A stretch of 11,154 bases of DNA, taken from Candidatus Auribacterota bacterium (GTDB taxonomy: Bacteria > Auribacterota > UBA6266). Position 1 is the stretch's first letter. The number at the start of each line of letters is the position of its first letter. The position numbers were made by a program, and so were the translations under genes. Below, piece after piece: positions 5,895-11,154 of this stretch. Under the pieces are notes generated by a model. The model saw nothing but the letters and a program-made list of their open reading frames with translations. It was not told the origin of the DNA and did no database searches. The stretch spans positions 1 to 11,154 of the forward strand of contig JAGLRQ010000007.1 of the NCBI GenBank assembly GCA_023136205.1. The letters are read 5' to 3'.

Positions 5895-7619
5895 TTATGC
5901 CATTGATTCTATCATCTCACTAAGCGACGCCCCCGCGGCAACCATAGGAAACACATTCTCTTCCGGTTTAACTATAAATTCTAAAACTGACGTATTTTTC
6001 GACTTTATCGCCTTTTTAAGGGCAGGAATAACTTCAGATTCCTTTGTAACCCTTATTCCATCAGCTCCAAAAGCTTCGGCAGCCTTTATAAAATCAGGTA
6101 AATAAGAATGGCATTTGCCATCTTTGCAATAAGTTATACCTTTCTTGCCATGCGGGCCTTTGGTGTTTAAAACAGTTGAAGAATACCTTCCCCCATAGAA
6201 AAGTTCCTGCCACTGCCGTACCATTCCCAGGCAGCCGTTATTCAATATAATTATATTGATAGGAAGCTTATTCAAAACACAGGTTGTCAGCTCCTGTATG
6301 TTCATCTGAATGGAACCATCACCCGCAATATCAAAAACCAGCTTATCGGGACACCCAACCTGGGCTCCCATCGCCGCGGGAAGACCGTATCCCATCGTTC
6401 CCAACCCGCCGGAAGAAATATAAGTTCTCGGATTGATGTAATTATAAAACTGGGCCGCCCACATTTGATTTTGCCCTACCTCCGTAACTATAATCGCGTC
6501 ACCCTTTGTAAGCTCCCATATCTTCTCAACTACAAACTGAGGCTTGAGCATTCCTTTTTTCGCGTACTTTAAAGGATATTTCTTTTTCCATTCGGCAATT
6601 TTTTTAACCCACGATTCTGTTTTGCCTGCCTTTACACATTTATTAAGTTCGACTAAAACCTTTTTAACATCACCAACAACTGGAACATCAACATTAACAT
6701 TTTTTCTGATCGATGTAGGATCTATATCTATATGAATTATCTTTGCATGCGGAGCAAATTCGGAAATTTTGCCCGTAACCCTATCATCAAACCTTGCTCC
6801 AATGGCAATTAGAAGGTCCGCGGACTGGATTGCCAGATTTGCATACTTTGTACCATGCATACCCAGCATCCCCAATGAAAGCGGGTCCGTTCCCGGAAAA
6901 GAACCTAGCCCCAGGAGAGTTGTTGTAACAGGAATTTTCATTTTCCTGGCCAGTTTTGTCATTTCCCGCGAACCACCCGAAATTATAACTCCGCCGCCGG
7001 CATATATAAGGGGCTTTTTAGCCTTTGCTATAAGCTCGGCAGATTTTTTTATCTGCCTAAGATGGCCTTCATATGTAGGCTTATAGCTCCTTATATCAAC
7101 CCTGTCGGGATATTTTTTGCGCGTAACGGCATTTTGTATATCCTTTGGAATATCAACCAATACGGGGCCCGGCCTTCCGGAATTTGCAATATAAAAGGCC
7201 TCTTTCAAAATATGCGGAAGTTCATCAACATCCTTAACCAGATAATTATGTTTCGTAATTGGACGGGTTATTCCCGTAATGTCCGCTTCCTGAAAAGCAT
7301 CATTTCCTATCATACGGGTAGGAACCTGTCCCGTAATAGCAACCATTGGAACAGAATCCATGTATGCAGTTGCTATGCCGGTAACAAGATTTGTCGCACC
7401 GGGGCCTGAAGTCGCTATACAAACACCGGTTTTGCCTGTGGCTCTGGCATATCCATCAGCCGCATGCGCGGCACCCTGTTCATGCCTTGTCAGTATGTAT
7501 TTGATATCCGATTTATAAAGAAGATCGAATATATCTAAAACAGCACCACCGGGATAACCAAAAATAATCTCAACTTTCTCTTTTTTAAAGCAGTCTAAAA
7601 GTATTTCCGCACCTTTCAT
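5895..7619 (-). CDS. ilvB: Acetolactate synthase (acetohydroxyacid synthase) large catalytic subunit, biosynthetic type
   Basis: 574 aa. ThDP enzyme signatures are present: [22 protein letters not shown], and the ThDP/Mg motif [14 protein letters not shown]...NNG. GGAGG (7630..7626) lies 6 nt before the ATG. Confidence 0.95.
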   Translation of the reverse strand: MKGAEILLDCFKKEKVEIIFGYPGGAVLDIFDLLYKSDIKYILTRHEQGAAHAADGYARATGKTGVCIATSGPGATNLVTGIATAYMDSVPMVAITGQVPTRMIGNDAFQEADITGITRPITKHNYLVKDVDELPHILKEAFYIANSGRPGPVLVDIPKDIQNAVTRKKYPDRVDIRSYKPTYEGHLRQIKKSAELIAKAKKPLIYAGGGVIISGGSREMTKLARKMKIPVTTTLLGLGSFPGTDPLSLGMLGMHGTKYANLAIQSADLLIAIGARFDDRVTGKISEFAPHAKIIHIDIDPTSIRKNVNVDVPVVGDVKKVLVELNKCVKAGKTESWVKKIAEWKKKYPLKYAKKGMLKPQFVVEKIWELTKGDAIIVTEVGQNQMWAAQFYNYINPRTYISSGGLGTMGYGLPAAMGAQVGCPDKLVFDIAGDGSIQMNIQELTTCVLNKLPINIIILNNGCLGMVRQWQELFYGGRYSSTVLNTKGPHGKKGITYCKDGKCHSYLPDFIKAAEAFGADGIRVTKESEVIPALKKAIKSKNTSVLEFIVKPEENVFPMVAAGASLSEMIESMA

Positions 7620-7703
7620 TATTTACCTCCATTCATTAAAAGCAACGGGCAATTATCCGTTACAATCACCAGTCCGAAATAAACATTCTTCGCCCTTTGT
7701 TTC

Positions 7704-9362
7704 TCACTTTTTAAATACAGCCCCAGTTCCCGCGGATGTAACCATCTCGGAATACCTTGCAAGGTAACCGGTTTTGATTCCCGGTTTTTTCAATTTCATA
7801 GTTCTCTTTCTCTTCTTTATTTCATCAGAACTAATACCAAGTTCAAGTTTCCTGTTTGGAATATCAAGAGAAATAATGTCTCCGTTTTTAACCAGAGCAA
7901 TAAGGCCGCCCTCCGCAGCCTCAGGAGAAACATGTCCTATGCATGGCCCCCTTGTTCCACCTGAAAAACGCCCATCAGTAATAAGCGCGACAGATTTTCC
8001 AAGGCCCCTGCCTATAATAGCTGCCGTGGGTGATAGCATTTCTCTCATCCCGGGACCGCCTTTAGGCCCTTCATATCTTATAACAACTACCATTCCCTTT
8101 TTTACCTTACCCTGCATTATCGCGTTCATTGCATCTTCTTCTTTATTAAAACATATGGCTTTACCTTTAAATTTCATCATTGATTTTTCAACAGCTGACT
8201 GTTTAACTACGGCCCCGCTTTCCGCAAGGTTGCCCCGCAAAATAGCTATCCCTCCTTGTTTATGATGAGCTCTCTTTAACGGACGAATAACATCTTCATC
8301 CTTTATCACAGCTTCGGCGGCAATATTGCCGGTGGTTCTGCCCGAAACCGTAGGCCTCGCGGCAACCTTACTACCCAACCTTTTAAAAACAGCCGGTATC
8401 CCACCCGCATTATGAAGGTCCTCCATAAAGTACCCGTCGGGAGAAGGATTCATTTTTGCAATATGAGGAGTAACCCTGCTTATTTTATCAAATAATTCAA
8501 CAGGGATATCCAAGCCCGCCTCATGGGCTATAGCGGTAATATGTAAAACCGTATTAGTCGATCCTCCAAGAGCAACATCAACCCTTATAGCATTTTCTAT
8601 AGATTTACGGTTAACCACCTTTTTAGGGGTTATATTTTTCCTGATAAGCTCAACCGCCCTTATCCCGCTTTCATGGGCTATCCTCTTTTTCTGTGCGGAA
8701 ACAGCAAGTGCTGTAGCACAGTATGGCATTGAAAGCCCCATAGCTTCAGTTGCGCATGCCATAGTATTTGCAGTAAACATTCCCTGACATGAACCGGCAC
8801 CCGGACATGCAACCATTTCAAGCTCACATAATGTTTTTTCTGAAATCTGACCTGCTTTGTATTTGCCAATAGCTTCAAAGGTATCAGTAACCAGGGATGT
8901 TCTCCTACCATAATGCCTTCCTGTAAACATTGGCCCGGCAGTTACAACAATAGCGGGTATATTCAGGCGAAACATCCCCATAATCATCCCGGGGGTTATC
9001 TTATCGCAGTTTGTTAAGAAAACAAGCCCATCCAAAGCGTGTGCGGTAGCTACTGCTTCAATCATATCGGCAATAAGTTCACGAGAGGGAAGAGAATATT
9101 TCATTCCCTTATGCCCCATAGCTATGCCATCGCATATCCCCGGAATACCAAAAACAAAAGGCCTTCCGCCACCGGCATAAACACCATTTTCAATAGCTCT
9201 TTCAAGCTGCTTCATGTCAACGTGGCCGGGAATCAAATCAGTAGCAGAGGAAGCTATCCCAATAAATGGCTTCTTCAAATCACCTTTTGTAACACCGGTT
9301 CCAAACAATAAAGCTCTATGAGGAGCTCTCTCCAACCCTTTTTTAATCGCATCACTTTTCAT
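7704..9362 (-). CDS. ilvD: Dihydroxy-acid dehydratase
   Basis: IlvD/Edd family with conserved Cys-containing contexts ([27 protein letters not shown]) that I read as the Fe-S ligand region. The ORF track starts at ATG 9431, which has no SD and adds 23 residues not expected in IlvD. ATG 9362 gives [19 protein letters not shown], the usual IlvD N-terminus, and follows GGAGA (9371..9367). Confidence 0.93.
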   Translation of the reverse strand: MKSDAIKKGLERAPHRALLFGTGVTKGDLKKPFIGIASSATDLIPGHVDMKQLERAIENGVYAGGGRPFVFGIPGICDGIAMGHKGMKYSLPSRELIADMIEAVATAHALDGLVFLTNCDKITPGMIMGMFRLNIPAIVVTAGPMFTGRHYGRRTSLVTDTFEAIGKYKAGQISEKTLCELEMVACPGAGSCQGMFTANTMACATEAMGLSMPYCATALAVSAQKKRIAHESGIRAVELIRKNITPKKVVNRKSIENAIRVDVALGGSTNTVLHITAIAHEAGLDIPVELFDKISRVTPHIAKMNPSPDGYFMEDLHNAGGIPAVFKRLGSKVAARPTVSGRTTGNIAAEAVIKDEDVIRPLKRAHHKQGGIAILRGNLAESGAVVKQSAVEKSMMKFKGKAICFNKEEDAMNAIMQGKVKKGMVVVIRYEGPKGGPGMREMLSPTAAIIGRGLGKSVALITDGRFSGGTRGPCIGHVSPEAAEGGLIALVKNGDIISLDIPNRKLELGISSDEIKKRKRTMKLKKPGIKTGYLARYSEMVTSAGTGAVFKK

Positions 9363-9455
9363 AATATCTCCACAATGCCTTTTACTCTGTAACTCAATAA
9401 CTCTTTCTCTTCCATTTAATCGAAATTTCATCTTACTTAAATTAAAAGAGCATGT

Positions 9456-9497
9456 AAATAAAAAACCCGCCGCCTCTTTTACCGAGGTAGCGGGTTT
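9456..9497 (-). terminator. Intrinsic terminator of the ilv leader (attenuator regions 3:4)
   Basis: Minus-strand RNA reads AAACCCGCUACCUC-GGUAAAA-GAGGCGGCGGGUUU followed by UUUAUUU. The stem has 14 stacked positions with one A.C mismatch and one G.U, is GC-rich, and is followed by a U-tract. It lies about 95 nt upstream of the ilvD start. Confidence 0.82.
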
Positions 9498-9519
9498 AAA
9501 TTTTCAATCTCTGTTGCAA

Positions 9520-9609
9520 TCAGATCCGAACACAGACCACCGCGACCTCGCCCCTTTTAAGGACGAGCACCACAAGCACTAAAAGTAAACTTGTCATAGC
9601 GGCAATCAT
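9520..9609 (-). CDS. ilv operon leader peptide, 29 aa: MIAAMTSLLLVLVVLVLKRGEVAVVCVRI
   Basis: Hand-translated; the ORF is below the ORF-track length cutoff. AGGAGA (9622..9617) lies 7 nt upstream of ATG 9609, and the stop is TGA 9522..9520. There are ten consecutive Leu/Val codons (9588..9559), and 16 of 29 codons are Ile/Leu/Val. It sits between a promoter-like site and a terminator in front of BCAA biosynthesis genes. Confidence 0.75.
   Translation of the reverse strand: MIAAMTSLLLVLVVLVLKRGEVAVVCVRI
9540..9567 (-). promoter_or_regulatory. Attenuator regions 1 and 2 (anti-antiterminator / antiterminator segments)
   Basis: CUCGUCCU (9567..9560, leader codons 15-17) pairs with GGGGCGAG (9554..9547): 6 WC plus 2 G.U pairs, loop UAAAA. 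The overlapping segment GAGGUCGCGG (9549..9540) pairs 9/10 with the terminator 5' arm CCGCUACCUC (9493..9484) and mimics the terminator 3' arm GAGGCGGCGG. Confidence 0.65.
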
Positions 9610-9634
9610 TCCATGTTCTCCTTATTCCAACTTA

Positions 9635-9663
9635 AAAATACCTTTAAAATCGTTAAATGTCAA
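9635..9663 (-). promoter_or_regulatory. Sigma-70-like promoter for the ilv leader/operon
   Basis: Minus strand reads TTGACA (9663..9658), a 17-nt spacer, then TATTTT (9640..9635). It lies 12 nt after the antiporter stop and about 25 nt upstream of the leader ATG. This is a sequence match only, and the consensus for this unknown taxon is assumed. Confidence 0.5.
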
Positions 9664-9675
9664 GGGTTTTAATAA

Positions 9676-10623
9676 TTACCCCATTGACCTATTCACTATA
9701 AACACAATGTAAAAAACATATAAAAGAATCAGCAAAATGCCCGTTTTCCTGCCAATTCTCTTTTTTGTGTATACAGACAGAGAAACTAATATTAAACCGA
9801 ATATAAAATAATAGTTATCAAAGGAAACAATTTCTTTCGGAACAGAAAAGGGGAAAAACATTGAGACAATACCGATCACAAACGCGATATTAAATATACA
9901 GCTTCCTATTACATTTCCCGCGGATATATCCCCTTCTTTTTTCGCGCTGGCAATTGTACTTGCAAAAAGTTCAGGTAAAGATGTCCCAATGGCAACAATT
10001 GTTAATCCTATAAGGAGCTTACTTATCCCCAATGCCTCAGCTATCTTCACAGCACTATTGACGGTAAAATGCCCCCCGGCAGTAAGAACGGTAAGCCCCA
10101 GTAAAACAATAATGAAATTTTTTACAATTTTTACATTCCCCGGTTTAGGAGGAATACTCAAAACATCGGTTTCTCTCCTGTTTTTTAATTGAAATACTAC
10201 ATATCCAGCGAGAAATACAAAAAGGACAGCACCCATATACCGGGTAATTACACCTGTAAAGCAAAACAAAACAAAAAGAGCCGTTATCCCAAGCAAAACA
10301 GGCATGTCTATTTTCAAAACCTGCGGGTGAATTTTAATCGGCCTTATTAATGCAGCTATTCCCATTACCAAAAATATATTTGAAATATTGCTGCCTACAA
10401 CATTCCCGACACATACGTCATAGGACCCACGTAGTCCAGCAAAGAAACTCACGATAAACTCAGGGGAAGATGTTCCAAAAGCAAAAAGAGTAAGCCCGAT
10501 TACAAGTTTTTTTACATGGAAATTCAGAGCGATGTTTACACCACCCCTAATAAGCATTTCAGCACCAAAATACAGCATGAAAAAGCCTGCAATTAAAACA
10601 GCACTGTTAAGAAATATTCCCAT
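9676..10623 (-). CDS. CaCA-family cation/Ca2+ antiporter (YrbG/NCX-like sodium:calcium exchanger)
   Basis: 315-aa, roughly 10-TM ORF with two internally repeated alpha-repeat motifs, GNVVGSNISNIFLVMG and GNVIGSCIFNIAFVIG, each preceded by a GTS(S/L)PE segment. Confidence 0.88.
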   Translation of the reverse strand: MGIFLNSAVLIAGFFMLYFGAEMLIRGGVNIALNFHVKKLVIGLTLFAFGTSSPEFIVSFFAGLRGSYDVCVGNVVGSNISNIFLVMGIAALIRPIKIHPQVLKIDMPVLLGITALFVLFCFTGVITRYMGAVLFVFLAGYVVFQLKNRRETDVLSIPPKPGNVKIVKNFIIVLLGLTVLTAGGHFTVNSAVKIAEALGISKLLIGLTIVAIGTSLPELFASTIASAKKEGDISAGNVIGSCIFNIAFVIGIVSMFFPFSVPKEIVSFDNYYFIFGLILVSLSVYTKKRIGRKTGILLILLYVFYIVFIVNRSMG

Positions 10624-10632
10624 TCTTATCCC

Positions 10633-11154
10633 TTATCTGGAAACAGTAAGCGGCAGACGGCAAACGTCCGTCGGCCTGTCCTGCCACGTAAATTTTATTT
10701 CAACATCGCTTAAATTTCTCTTTCTGAGTGCGTTACTTACAACATCAGCGGCCCGGCCCGGCTCATTATGATCCTGACTCATATGTGCAAGAAATACCAC
10801 GTTAAGTTCGGGGCCGGCTACCTCTTCTACAAGACGGCCCAGGTTTTTATTTGACAGGTGGCCTTTTCGTCCCACTATTCTTTGTTTTACCTCCCACGGT
10901 CTGTTTCCATTGAAGACCATTTCCTCCTCATGATTCGCCTCCAGAATAAGAACATTACTTTGTTTTATTCTTTCTTTTACAAGAGAAGTCGGGAACCCAA
11001 TATCCGTAGCAATGCAAATTTTGCCTCCGGGGTGCATCAGCTCAAAACCAACAGGATCAATTCCATCATGTGCTATAGAAAAAGAATTTATCCTAAATTT
11101 TTTTAACTCAAACTCCACCCCGTTTTCAAAAGGAAAAAACATATTTTTATTACG
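10633..11154 (-). CDS. MBL-fold metallo-hydrolase (YycJ/WalJ-like), 5'-truncated at the window edge
   Basis: C-terminal part of a beta-lactamase-fold hydrolase, with motifs FSIAHDGIDPVGF, ATDIG, LEANHE and KGHLSN. The frame stays open from ATG 11142 to base 11154 (RNKN-MFFPF), so the HxHxDH motif and the true start are expected off-window. Confidence 0.8.
   Translation of the reverse strand, partial: RNKNMFFPFENGVEFELKKFRINSFSIAHDGIDPVGFELMHPGGKICIATDIGFPTSLVKERIKQSNVLILEANHEEEMVFNGNRPWEVKQRIVGRKGHLSNKNLGRLVEEVAGPELNVVFLAHMSQDHNEPGRAADVVSNALRKRNLSDVEIKFTWQDRPTDVCRLPLTVSR

Noticed and set aside
7638-7663. Hairpin GUAACGG-auaauugc-CCGUUGC followed by UUUU in the ilvD-ilvB spacer (minus strand), a possible internal terminator.
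   Set aside because: The stem is only 7 bp with a G.U pair, the loop is 8 nt and the U-tract is 4 nt. It sits inside an operon just before the ilvB SD. It is at most a weak pause or stability element, so I do not call it.
8678-8911. 77-aa minus-strand ORF in an alternative frame inside ilvD.
   Set aside because: It is fully nested in a conserved part of ilvD, has no SD and no recognisable motif. It is most simply a chance open frame.
9363-9431. 23-codon N-terminal extension of ilvD ([23 protein letters not shown]) implied by the ORF-track start.
   Set aside because: No SD precedes ATG 9431. The extension is absent from the usual IlvD N-terminus, whereas ATG 9362 has a GGAGA and yields [17 protein letters not shown] treat it as 5' UTR downstream of the attenuator.
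9606-9614. ATG-GAA-TGA (M-E-stop) mini-ORF immediately after the AGGAGA.
   Set aside because: Its ATG is only 2 nt from the SD, which is too close. The overlapping ATG at 9609 has 7-nt spacing and opens the 29-codon BCAA-rich frame.
9432-9675. T-box or metabolite riboswitch upstream of ilvD.
   Set aside because: I could not find a T-box-like conserved 14-mer, a specifier-loop arrangement, or a known riboswitch core by eye. The region is only about 170 nt of leader, and the SD-ORF-antiterminator-terminator layout accounts for it fully.
562-11106. All plus-strand ORFs of 60-163 aa in the track that lie inside minus-strand genes (for example 562..828, 2022..2369, 3049..3309, 3641..3913, 4197..4529, 6769..7086, 7062..7409, 7774..8265, 9039..9311, 10532..10771, 10858..11106).
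   Set aside because: Each lies antisense to a long ORF with clear family motifs. Their translations are low-complexity (S/P/F/L-rich) with no recognisable domains and no SD context. They are typical shadow ORFs.

Overview
Low-GC bacterial chromosomal window; the taxon cannot be assigned from sequence alone. A minus-strand branched-chain amino acid operon (ilvD-ilvB-ilvN-ilvC-leuA) dominates and runs with only a 2-nt gap into aroE. Downstream of aroE lie a repeat-filled 195-nt gap, a small GIY-YIG nuclease gene, and a prepilin peptidase whose start overlaps the nuclease stop (ATGA). To the right, upstream of the operon, are a CaCA-family cation antiporter and a 5'-truncated MBL-fold hydrolase. 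A 5'-truncated shikimate kinase converges from the left on the plus strand. Three things are absent from the ORF track. (1) A 29-codon Leu/Val/Ile-rich leader ORF with promoter, SD, alternative 1:2 and 2:3 pairings and a strong intrinsic terminator upstream of ilvD, which reads as a ribosome-mediated attenuator. (2) Three copies of a 28-nt hairpin element between aroE and the GIY-YIG gene. Two are identical direct copies; the third is inverted and differs only by two fully compensated base-pair changes in the stem. Decayed half-copies lie between them. This resembles a REP/BIME-like cluster beside a nuclease gene. (3) A 117-nt nested-palindrome spacer between ilvB and ilvN, genes that are usually nearly contiguous. 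Three ORF-track starts (ilvD, ilvN, GIY-YIG) look too long and are re-called. All plus-strand ORFs inside the minus-strand genes are judged shadow ORFs.
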